A DNA stretch of 64,000 nt, taken from IMG/VR virus record IMGVR_UViG_3300005611_000001; one strand, written 5' to 3'. Positions 49,747 to 56,625 of this stretch are shown piece by piece (position 1 is the stretch's first letter; each line of letters starts with the position of its first letter). The notes beneath the pieces are model-generated. The model saw only the letters and a list, made by a program, of their open reading frames with translations, was not told the DNA's origin and ran no database searches. The DNA comes from a virus. Its lineage: Duplodnaviria; Caudoviricetes. The translations under genes and the position numbers were made by a program.

Positions 49747-50277
49747 ATGAGTACGCATGAACCTGTTCCGTTTGTAACTTTTAAGACTCGCGTTCGCGAC
49801 GAGTCTGTCGGTGGCGATAATCCTTATCGCTGGCAAGATGTGACCACTGACGATCTGTTCAGTGGCAAGCGCGTGGTTGTCTTCTCGCTGCCTGGTGCGT
49901 TTACGCCTACCTGCTCTACTATGCAGCTGCCTGGCTTTGAAGAGAACGCACAGAAGTTCTATGACGCAGGCATTGACGAGATTTACTGCATTTCTGTTAA
50001 TGACTCGTTTGTGATGAACGCATGGGCGAAGGCTCAGAATCTTAAGCATGTTAAAGTGATTCCTGATGGTTCGGGTTACTTCACTGACGACATGGGCATG
50101 CTTGTCAATAAAGACAATCTCGGCTTTGGTAAGCGCTCTTGGCGCTATGCAATGGTCGTAGACAACGGCATCGTCGAAAAGTACTTTGTCGAGCCTGGGC
50201 GTAAAAATGATTGCGCCGATGATCCCTACGGCGAGACGACTCCCGAAAAAATCATGGCTTACTTAGGTATTGAATAA
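49747..50277 (+). CDS. Peroxiredoxin (Prx5 family)
   Basis: FSLPGAFTPTCS, SVNDSFVMNAW, PDGSG, RSWRYAMVV. Confidence 0.95.
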   Translation: MSTHEPVPFVTFKTRVRDESVGGDNPYRWQDVTTDDLFSGKRVVVFSLPGAFTPTCSTMQLPGFEENAQKFYDAGIDEIYCISVNDSFVMNAWAKAQNLKHVKVIPDGSGYFTDDMGMLVNKDNLGFGKRSWRYAMVVDNGIVEKYFVEPGRKNDCADDPYGETTPEKIMAYLGIE

Positions 50278-50594
50278 TGGCTGTTGAGCATGAGTTTATG
50301 CTGACCTGGGTCGAGCGTATCAAGCAGTGGCATCATGATCGCAACTTGATCGATGGTGCTACTGACAAAGATCAGGTCTGCAAGTTGATCCAAGAAGTTG
50401 GTGAGTTGAGCGATAATGTTTGCAAGAATCGTGACATCCGTGACGACATTGGGGACATTATCGTGGTCCTAATTAATATTGTTGAGAGGCACAATCTAAG
50501 CTTGACAGAGTGTCTTGAAGTAGCATATAATGATATCAAAGATCGGAAAGGTCGAATGGTCGACGGTATTTTTGTGAAAGAGGATGATTTATAA
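50277..50594 (+). CDS. mazG: MazG-like NTP pyrophosphohydrolase
   Basis: KLIQEVGEL, DDIGD, AYNDIKDRKG. Confidence 0.88.
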   Translation: MAVEHEFMLTWVERIKQWHHDRNLIDGATDKDQVCKLIQEVGELSDNVCKNRDIRDDIGDIIVVLINIVERHNLSLTECLEVAYNDIKDRKGRMVDGIFVKEDDL

Positions 50595-50863
50595 TGAGTA
50601 TGAAGGGCTTTCTCGCTGCTGCTCGCGCTGGCGTTGTGACTGTCGAGTTTCGTAAGGTCAAGACTGGTGAGTTTCGCCGTATGCCTTGCACTCTTAATAA
50701 TGTCTTAAGTGAAGGTAATGTTCCTGAAATTTTACCGAACGATCTAAACGAAGAAGGTTCACACTTCGCAGTGTGGGCAGTAGATGTCAAAGGTTGGCGT
50801 TCGTTCCGTCTTGATACGGTTGAGCGTTGGTATGTTGGCTACCCGGAGGTACAAGACGAATGA
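50594..50863 (+). CDS. SH3-like/WYL_2-like (DUF2693-like) protein
   Basis: VTVEFRKVKTGE.R.M.CTL, VWAVDVKGWRSFR. Confidence 0.75.
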   Translation: MSMKGFLAAARAGVVTVEFRKVKTGEFRRMPCTLNNVLSEGNVPEILPNDLNEEGSHFAVWAVDVKGWRSFRLDTVERWYVGYPEVQDE

Positions 50864-51066
50864 AAGAGTTTAGAGACGAAATGCTTCAGGTTGCAAAGGC
50901 ACACTTCGAAGCACACATTCACAAGCATCGCATGAATATCGAAGTGTTTCTGAATAACACCGTTGGTGTTGCAGAGCATCCCGATATCATGGAAACGATT
51001 GAAAAAGAACTAAGTGAGATGGCACACTATCATGATCTTCTTGAGGCTCTTGAAACTTACTTCTAG
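50860..51066 (+). CDS. Conserved hypothetical protein
   Basis: GGAGG RBS; NIEVFLNNTVGVAEHPDIMETIEKEL. Confidence 0.7.
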   Translation: MKEFRDEMLQVAKAHFEAHIHKHRMNIEVFLNNTVGVAEHPDIMETIEKELSEMAHYHDLLEALETYF

Positions 51067-51214
51067 TCTTGCTATACTTGCGGGCTGTACAAGTGTTCCA
51101 CCTGATGAGTGCGAGCAGGCTCTAGAATTTCCTCTAGAACTGACCGCCTACATACAAGGCATCGGCGGTATTGTCGATGCCGATATGTTACCCTCAATCT
51201 GTTTGGACAAGTGA
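51050..51214 (+). CDS. Small lipoprotein
   Basis: GAGG RBS and TTG start; lipobox LAGC. Confidence 0.55.
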   Translation: MKLTSSLAILAGCTSVPPDECEQALEFPLELTAYIQGIGGIVDADMLPSICLDK

Positions 51215-51215
51215 T

Positions 51216-51419
51216 ATGTTTATTTCAAAACTTTGGAACAAGGCAATTGATTCTGCGAAGAGCGCAAACTACAAGCGTAGTTTGAAAGTCGCTCTTGTAC
51301 TAGCACCCTTGGTGGTCTGGGAAGTGTTCTTTTATCTTGTGCAGAAGCTGATGGCTGTTTCTGTTTTTGTTGATGATAAGATTGCGCAATTTCTGCGCGA
51401 TTTCGTGGAGAATAACTAA
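51216..51419 (+). CDS. Small membrane protein
   Basis: Central hydrophobic helix; coupled to next gene. Confidence 0.55.
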   Translation: MFISKLWNKAIDSAKSANYKRSLKVALVLAPLVVWEVFFYLVQKLMAVSVFVDDKIAQFLRDFVENN

Positions 51420-52195
51420 TGACTACGATTGTAGTTGCGGGTCTTGGTCCTGTTGGTACTGCTGTATCTACAGCGCTTAAGAATCATCCCGATGTAGAAG
51501 TGTTTCTTGACGATCCCTACAAAGGGCATGCGTTTCCCGATGATCGCGTCGAGACTGTCGATGCTGTTGTGGTCTGTGTTGCTACTCCCATGGACGAAGA
51601 CGGCTCTTGTTATACTCAAAACATTTCTGATGTTTTTCGTAAGTATGGCAATGTGAAGTATCTGGTGAAGTCTACGACTAATCCGCTGTTCTTCCGCCAC
51701 TACAATCATCTTGATATCACCTTCAGCCCTGAGTATCTGCGTGGTACGACTGGTGCTGATCCGACTCAGGAGTTTATTCACTCTGAGTTTGCAGTGTATG
51801 GTGGCGGTTCTATGCGCTGGTGGCACGAAGTTTTCGTACCTGTGCTGCCTAATCTAAAAGATGTGCGCTTCATGACTGCAGAGCAGGCTGCGTTTGCAAA
51901 GTATTTCATGAACTGCTTCCTTGCGACTAAGGTGACTTTCTTTAACCAAGCATTTGAGATTTACTCTAAGTGCGGTGGCAAAGACTTCGATATTGTGATC
52001 GACGGGCTGTGTCTTGATCCTCGTGTGGGGCGTTCACATACGCAAGTGCCTGGTCCTGATGGCGCGTTTGGTTTTGGGGGTCACTGCTTTCCGAAAGACA
52101 TGAATGCTCTGATGCGTCTTGGCGAGAAAGCTGGTGCAAATGTTGACTTTATGAAAGCGACGCTTGAGACAAATGAACGACAGCGAAACTCGTAG
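51419..52195 (+). CDS. UDP-glucose/GDP-mannose dehydrogenase (short form)
   Basis: VAGLGPVG, VCVATP, VKST, SPEYL, AKYFMNCFLATKVTFFN, GPDG.FGFGGHCFPKD. Confidence 0.9.
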   Translation: MTTIVVAGLGPVGTAVSTALKNHPDVEVFLDDPYKGHAFPDDRVETVDAVVVCVATPMDEDGSCYTQNISDVFRKYGNVKYLVKSTTNPLFFRHYNHLDITFSPEYLRGTTGADPTQEFIHSEFAVYGGGSMRWWHEVFVPVLPNLKDVRFMTAEQAAFAKYFMNCFLATKVTFFNQAFEIYSKCGGKDFDIVIDGLCLDPRVGRSHTQVPGPDGAFGFGGHCFPKDMNALMRLGEKAGANVDFMKATLETNERQRNS

Positions 52196-52343
52196 TTACA
52201 CTCTAGAAGTTCAAGAAGATTCTGACGGGCAATTTCTAGTTCTGCCCGAAGAAGAACTGAAAGCGCTTGACTGGAAAGAGGGTGATGAGATAGAATGGAT
52301 TGATAATTCAAACGGTACATGGACTCTTCGTAAAAAGGTATAA
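52173..52343 (+). CDS. AbrB/MazE-like DNA-binding protein (56 aa, below cutoff)
   Basis: FLVLPEEELKALDWKEGDEIEWIDNSNGTWTLRK. Confidence 0.75.
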   Translation: MNDSETRSYTLEVQEDSDGQFLVLPEEELKALDWKEGDEIEWIDNSNGTWTLRKKV

Positions 52344-52346
52344 GTT

Positions 52347-52571
52347 ATGAGCGATACAAGCGATTACAGTTTGAGAGTTACTTGGGATCAAGTTGATCAT
52401 ATTATCACCAGCGAACTTCGCTGGTCTTATGATAGCATGAAGGCCGATCTTGAAAGGCGTCGAGAAGGTGGAGGTACAGCGATCTTCCATACTGATCTTG
52501 AGCAAGATGTCAAAGCAATAGAAGAGCATGTTCATGCGCTGAAACTTATTCTTGATTGGTTTGGTGGTTAA
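52347..52571 (+). CDS. Hypothetical protein
   Basis: Fills operon gap. Confidence 0.6.
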   Translation: MSDTSDYSLRVTWDQVDHIITSELRWSYDSMKADLERRREGGGTAIFHTDLEQDVKAIEEHVHALKLILDWFGG

Positions 52572-52573
52572 AA

Positions 52574-52581
52574 TATAAATA
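52574..52581 (+). promoter_or_regulatory. T4-type late promoter overlapped by RBS-occluding hairpin
   Basis: TATAAATA; inverted repeat 52578-52608. Confidence 0.75.
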
Positions 52582-52610
52582 GTCTTAAGTTCTTCACTTA
52601 AGGCTGTTCT

Positions 52611-53201
52611 ATGTCTATTGCAGATTTTTTTGAAAAAAATAGATATGCTTATATCAAAAATGCCCTGCCTTTACATAAGTGTGATCAGTATGTAAAGGCA
52701 TTGTGGGCTTCAAAATCAATGAAAAATTGTGCTCAATGTCCAGGCTCTACATCATCATATACCGAGTGGCCGTTGGCTAGAGTACACTACAAAATGGTTC
52801 CTGAACTATCAAGCATTTTAGGCATTGATCTTGCACCAACATACGTTTTTTCTAGAATATATAAAAAGGGCTCTGATTTGGAAAAACACAAAGACCGCCC
52901 TTCTTGTGAGATATCTACAACTTTGACTTTGGGTGTTTCAAATCCAAATTCAAATTGGCCAATATACTTTCAAACAAAAGACGGCAACAAGGCATTTAAT
53001 ATTTCTGTCGGTGATATGGTCGCGTACAGAGGAGAAGAATTGTGGCATTGGCGCGATCCATTACAAGATGATTGGCAAGTACAAGTCTTTTTTCATTTCA
53101 TTGACAAGAACGGTCCTCATTATCCAAAATTTTTAAATGATCGAGGAAGAAACGATAGAATGTATGAATTGGTTGCTGAAAGTTTAAAATTAAATACTTG
53201 A
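52611..53201 (+). CDS. 2OG-Fe(II) oxygenase
   Basis: RIYKKGSDLEKHKDRPSCEISTTL, GDMVAYRG...HWR, QVFFH. Confidence 0.85.
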   Translation: MSIADFFEKNRYAYIKNALPLHKCDQYVKALWASKSMKNCAQCPGSTSSYTEWPLARVHYKMVPELSSILGIDLAPTYVFSRIYKKGSDLEKHKDRPSCEISTTLTLGVSNPNSNWPIYFQTKDGNKAFNISVGDMVAYRGEELWHWRDPLQDDWQVQVFFHFIDKNGPHYPKFLNDRGRNDRMYELVAESLKLNT

Positions 53202-53217
53202 AAAGAGATGGATTGAT

Positions 53218-53475
53218 ATGGCGATTAGTGAACATGAAAGTGCAAATTATCATGCAATTACTGATGCGATAGTATCTCGTCGTTCTAAAATTAAATGGTT
53301 ATTAAAAATTCATAATGATAATGCATCGAAGTATTTTGATAGTCTTCTTTCTTATGAGTTTCGAAATGAGTTACAAGAGTACGCTGAAGAAATAAAAGAA
53401 TTAGAGATCCTTCTTTGGAAATTTGAATTGCCCTTACCTCCGGAAAAAATTAATCCAGTGGGATACGAAGCTTAA
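53218..53475 (+). CDS. Hypothetical protein
   Basis: RBS and plausible ORF. Confidence 0.55.
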   Translation: MAISEHESANYHAITDAIVSRRSKIKWLLKIHNDNASKYFDSLLSYEFRNELQEYAEEIKELEILLWKFELPLPPEKINPVGYEA

Positions 53476-53499
53476 TCTTTTTTAACATGGAAATAAATT

Positions 53500-53571
53500 A
53501 TGAAAGCAGGTAAAGTTTGGGGTACTACTGATGACATTGTTCGGAGAACCGTTGGACAAAAAATCGATTGA
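53500..53571 (+). pseudogene. Truncated cupin-like gene remnant (MKAGKVWGTT...)
   Basis: Good RBS; N-terminus recalled from marine phage cupin proteins; frame closes after 23 aa. Confidence 0.45.
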
Positions 53572-53800
53572 CTCTGATCTAAAAGCCCTGTACTCTTCTG
53601 TGCAGGGCAAAGTTGATCGTCATCTAGTCGAAGCGCTGGCTGATATTCGAAATGGTAAAGACCCCGAGGTTGTGCTGCGTAAGTTCAGCCGACTTGCAAC
53701 AAACACTCTTATTCATGGCCCCACAAAAGTAATTCGCGATCAAGACAATCCTGAACTGATCAAAAAAATCATAGGTATTGAAAATGAAGATAAATCATAG
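53531..53800 (+). CDS. Stand-alone glutamyl-tRNA reductase dimerisation-like domain
   Basis: EALADIRNGKDPEVVLRKFSRLATNTLIHGPTKVIR matches HemA C-terminal L..G.DP..VL...A..LTNKLLH.PT..L. Confidence 0.65.
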   Translation: MTLFGEPLDKKSIDSDLKALYSSVQGKVDRHLVEALADIRNGKDPEVVLRKFSRLATNTLIHGPTKVIRDQDNPELIKKIIGIENEDKS

Positions 53801-54077
53801 TAATGCAATTTTTGACCTTGAGCAAGAATTTATTAACTGCTGGGAAATCATCGATGATGTGAAAATGATTACAGATTACTTCACAGATGATCCGAAGTGG
53901 AAAGAGATGGATCCTGTTCTTGCAGATGCTCTGATGAATAAATACTATGGGCTTGCAGAAGTCTATGAACTTAGAATGCAGAAAGCATGGAACACCTTTG
54001 AAACTGTCTGCCGTGAATATCACGCAGCCAGACGCGCATCAAAACAAACTTACGGAGTCGAGCATGAAAGCGATTAA
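53784..54077 (+). CDS. Conserved hypothetical protein
   Basis: FDLEQEFINCWEIIDD...YELRMQKAW. Confidence 0.7.
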   Translation: MKINHSNAIFDLEQEFINCWEIIDDVKMITDYFTDDPKWKEMDPVLADALMNKYYGLAEVYELRMQKAWNTFETVCREYHAARRASKQTYGVEHESD

Positions 54078-54276
54078 GAACTATTTCAAGACCCTCTTTC
54101 TTGAAGAGTATCAGGTTGTCATTTGGAATGACGGCGCTGATGATCGCACCATTTATGCTCTGAAAAAGATTGAGAAGATCGATTCGAACAATCTGGTCGG
54201 CGTTCTCACCACCGGTGAAAGATTCGAAATGTGTGTCCAAACACCTTTCAATTTCACCGTTAAAAAGATTCATTGA
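54064..54276 (+). CDS. Hypothetical protein
   Basis: GGAG RBS before ATG 54064. Confidence 0.6.
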   Translation: MKAIKNYFKTLFLEEYQVVIWNDGADDRTIYALKKIEKIDSNNLVGVLTTGERFEMCVQTPFNFTVKKIH

Positions 54277-54418
54277 TATCGATATATCAAAATATTCTAA
54301 ACTTTTTTATGAATATTTCATGAAAGTCTAAGACAACCTTTATACATAATTGCGTGTAGAAAAGTAACACTACACACCGCCATCCCCCACAAACAAATAT
54401 TTTTGGAGAATTTTTCAA

Positions 54419-54619
54419 ATGAAAAATCTAGTTGCGTTCGTCTGTCTTTTTGCCTCTGCTGGTGCTCTTGCTGTCACTGATTCTTATGTTGCTCGCCTGA
54501 ATGACCAAGGTGAGTACTGCGCTAAAATTAATGTTGGTATCGTTACCCCCTACTTCAAGACCAAGTGCTATACGCTTGAGCAGTGGGAAGAGAACGGTTT
54601 CACGGTCGAAGTTAAATAA
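54419..54619 (+). CDS. Small secreted protein with two Cys
   Basis: GGAGA RBS; signal peptide MKNLVAFVCLFASAGALA; YCAK...TKC.TLEQWE. Confidence 0.75.
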   Translation: MKNLVAFVCLFASAGALAVTDSYVARLNDQGEYCAKINVGIVTPYFKTKCYTLEQWEENGFTVEVK

Positions 54620-54640
54620 GAGGTTGCGATCAGATAATCA

Positions 54641-54874
54641 ATGGCAAACACATTTAAGTTTTATCTTCCTTTAATAGTAATTTTTGCTCTTTGCGTTTTC
54701 GGTCTGTTCGCGCCTGTAATCTACAGCGATGTGTACGGTGAGATTCTGAACAACTCACCAACGCTTTACATGCCGATGGTGAATGTTGATTATCTGACCA
54801 ATGAAATGTGCAATGATCCCACCAAACTGCACTATGTTCTTTGCGGTCTTGATGACTTGAATACTGTAGCATAA
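54641..54874 (+). CDS. Small membrane-anchored protein
   Basis: N-terminal hydrophobic helix. Confidence 0.6.
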   Translation: MANTFKFYLPLIVIFALCVFGLFAPVIYSDVYGEILNNSPTLYMPMVNVDYLTNEMCNDPTKLHYVLCGLDDLNTVA

Positions 54875-54884
54875 TCGGTTATAC

Positions 54885-55008
54885 TATATACTATAGAACG
54901 CACTGCTTTGATCTAGAAGTGGCAAAGGCTACAATCAGACTAAGATCCCTCCATTAGGAGGGTACGCGGGGGAGGATCCCGCAGGCAGTGCGTCTCTTTA
55001 GAGTATAG
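54885..55008 (+). ncRNA. Unassigned multi-stem structured element 1
   Basis: Closing stem acgcactgc(54898-906)/gcagtgcgt(54985-993); inner hairpins gtggc-aaag-gctac, ccctcc-atta-ggaggg, gcggg-ggaggat-cccgc. Confidence 0.55.
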
Positions 55009-55102
55009 ATTGGGCAGAGCGAACATAACTTGGAACATAAACTCGTTGCTTCCAAGTGACTGACCGATTCCTAAGCGAGGTGCGGAATCCTAGCAATCTA
55101 TA
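55004..55102 (+). ncRNA. Unassigned structured element 2 (junction with possible kissing loops)
   Basis: Closing stem tatagattg/caatctata; hairpins acttggaa/ttccaagt and gattcc/ggaatc; loops ctcgtt and agcgag complementary. Confidence 0.55.
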
Positions 55103-55104
55103 AA

Positions 55105-55197
55105 GTCCTAAGGATTTAAAATCCTGGGCAGATTAATCACCGTGCGTGAAACTCGTTTCGGTTTGATTAGCAGCGGGTGGAAGCCCCGCACCTTTTT
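55105..55197 (+). ncRNA. Unassigned structured element 3
   Basis: gtcc-aggat/atcct-gggc hairpin, taatca/tgatta arm, gcggg-tggaagc-cccgc T-arm-like hairpin followed by T-run. Confidence 0.4.
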
Positions 55198-55272
55198 AGA
55201 ATAGGCACTGAGTATGCTTAAGCATCAGTTAGTCCTGTAGAGTCGCAATCTTGGGCAACAGTGTCTGTTCTA
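55197..55272 (+). ncRNA. Unassigned structured element 4 (76 nt)
   Basis: 14-bp closing stem tagaataggcactg/cagtgtctgttcta with G-U pairs; inner atgc-ttaa-gcat and gtcc/gggc arms. Confidence 0.5.
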
Positions 55273-55274
55273 AT

Positions 55275-55580
55275 TTATTCGATGAAGCGGAGAGAAAGGT
55301 GATCTGGACAGAGGTTCAACTCCTCTCACCTCCACCAAAAGCACATACGCTGGATATGCAGATAGCATATTGAGACATAAGAAACATCAGGTATGTGCTT
55401 TTGATGGGGGTGTACTGGTTTCGACAGGTGCTAAGTATCAAAGTGGAGAATCGTCAAGCGCTGACGCTAAACAGAGCAACCTAAAATAAACGCAAACGAT
55501 GACGTTTATACCGAGGACTTTGCGCTAGCAGCGTAAACCTCGCGGGGTTCGCCGGAGCCTTGTTACCCAAGTCCGGCACT
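55275..55580 (+). ncRNA. ssrA: Circularly permuted (two-piece) tmRNA
   Basis: T-arm agagg-TTCAACT-cctct and CACCUCC-A-CCA end at 55337; hairpin intervening segment; 5' end GGGGGUG at 55406 giving G3-U70; pk1; tag ANDDVYTEDFALAA* at 55492-55536. Confidence 0.93.
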
Positions 55581-55599
55581 AATTCGGAGAAATCTACAA

Positions 55600-55866
55600 A
55601 TGAAACCATTCAGTCAATACATTACAGAGTATAATGATGAAACTCTTGTGAAGAAGATAAAGCACCCTAGTGGGACCGTTTTAATGATCTCTCGCTACAA
55701 GAACGGACCCGATGAAGGTAAGTACATTGTTCGTGTATCCAAGAGTAATTATGAACGTGGAAAGCAGAATCGCACGATGCGAGCTATACACGATAAGCCT
55801 CTCGATGCAGAAGCAGCCGTCGCCCTTTTTAATAAAAGAAAGAAATCGATCTGGAAGAAAAAATGA
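55600..55866 (+). CDS. Basic protein with capsid-targeting-like N-terminus (putative internal head protein)
   Basis: GGAGA RBS; MKPFSQYITE resembles T4 IP leader MKTYQEFIAE; Lys/Arg-rich. Confidence 0.6.
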   Translation: MKPFSQYITEYNDETLVKKIKHPSGTVLMISRYKNGPDEGKYIVRVSKSNYERGKQNRTMRAIHDKPLDAEAAVALFNKRKKSIWKKK

Positions 55867-55880
55867 AATCATTTCGACAG

Positions 55881-55929
55881 TTCTTCGCCTGGCGGCGTAA
55901 ACTTCGCGGGGTCGGCACTAATTCGGAGA
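55881..55929 (+). repeat. Degenerate, internally deleted second copy of tmRNA tag end and 3' tail
   Basis: gcgtaaac[c/t]tcgcggggt and cggcactaattcggaga repeat 55531-55548 and 55574-55590. Confidence 0.9.
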
Positions 55930-55935
55930 GAGTGA

Positions 55936-56625
55936 GTGCGAACATTACTGATTAGTGATGTACATATTGGGTTCAAGTTTTCTAGAGCCAAAGATGCAGT
56001 GACTGTTCTTGAAAAAGAAAAGTTTGACAGACTGATATTAGTTGGTGACATTTTTGATATTCAAAATATGATGCATCGTGCATACTGGGATGAACATCAC
56101 ACTGCCTTCCTTAAGAAAATCCTCAAACTGGCTAAGAAAAAAGAAGTCATTTATGTAATTGGCAATCACGATTATCCTCTCTATCATCTACAAGAATACA
56201 CCAAGAAAATAGCAGGCATTCATCTATGCCGAGAGTACACTTACACTTCGGGTGACAAGACAATTCACTGTGTTCACGGTGACCAGTTTGATTCTGTCTC
56301 GCGCAAGATTCAAGTTCTTGGTGATTTCTTCTATAATATGCTTCTGCATCTAAATCGTTTGATTGGCAGAATTCAGACACTGTTCGGATTCAAGTATCGC
56401 TCTTTTAGCAAGTGGTGCAAAGACAAGGTTAAGAACACGATCAGCAAAGCATTCTCAATTGAAGAGAAACTGCATGCAATAGATAATGTTGATGTTGTGA
56501 TTTACGGGCATACTCATATGCCTTATATTAGCGACACTCTTATCAACACGGGCACCTTTGTTGAGATTGCAACTTATGTCATTGAAGAGAACGGTGTGTT
56601 CGAACTAAAGGATTTGGATAAATGA
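55936..56625 (+). CDS. Metallophosphoesterase, PlcP/LpxH-like
   Basis: ISDVHIG, LVGDIFD, YW...H, IGNHD, HGDQFD, YGHTH. Confidence 0.85.
   Translation: MRTLLISDVHIGFKFSRAKDAVTVLEKEKFDRLILVGDIFDIQNMMHRAYWDEHHTAFLKKILKLAKKKEVIYVIGNHDYPLYHLQEYTKKIAGIHLCREYTYTSGDKTIHCVHGDQFDSVSRKIQVLGDFFYNMLLHLNRLIGRIQTLFGFKYRSFSKWCKDKVKNTISKAFSIEEKLHAIDNVDVVIYGHTHMPYISDTLINTGTFVEIATYVIEENGVFELKDLDK

Noticed and set aside
51050-51419. Spanin pair (lipoprotein plus membrane protein)
   Set aside because: The membrane protein lacks a long periplasmic coiled coil and no lysis genes are adjacent; left unassigned
55100-55225. RNase P RNA resemblance (aaagtcc ... gctta)
   Set aside because: P4 pairing fails, the GAGGAAAGUCC consensus is incomplete and the region is too short
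54885-55272. Canonical tRNA genes
   Set aside because: No element has a full cloverleaf with anticodon arm and TTC T-loop; only the tmRNA has a proper T-arm and CCA
55516-55929. Prophage attL/attR at tmRNA
   Set aside because: No integrase in the window, T4-like lytic gene content, and the repeat is the tag/3' tail rather than the CCA end normally used as att
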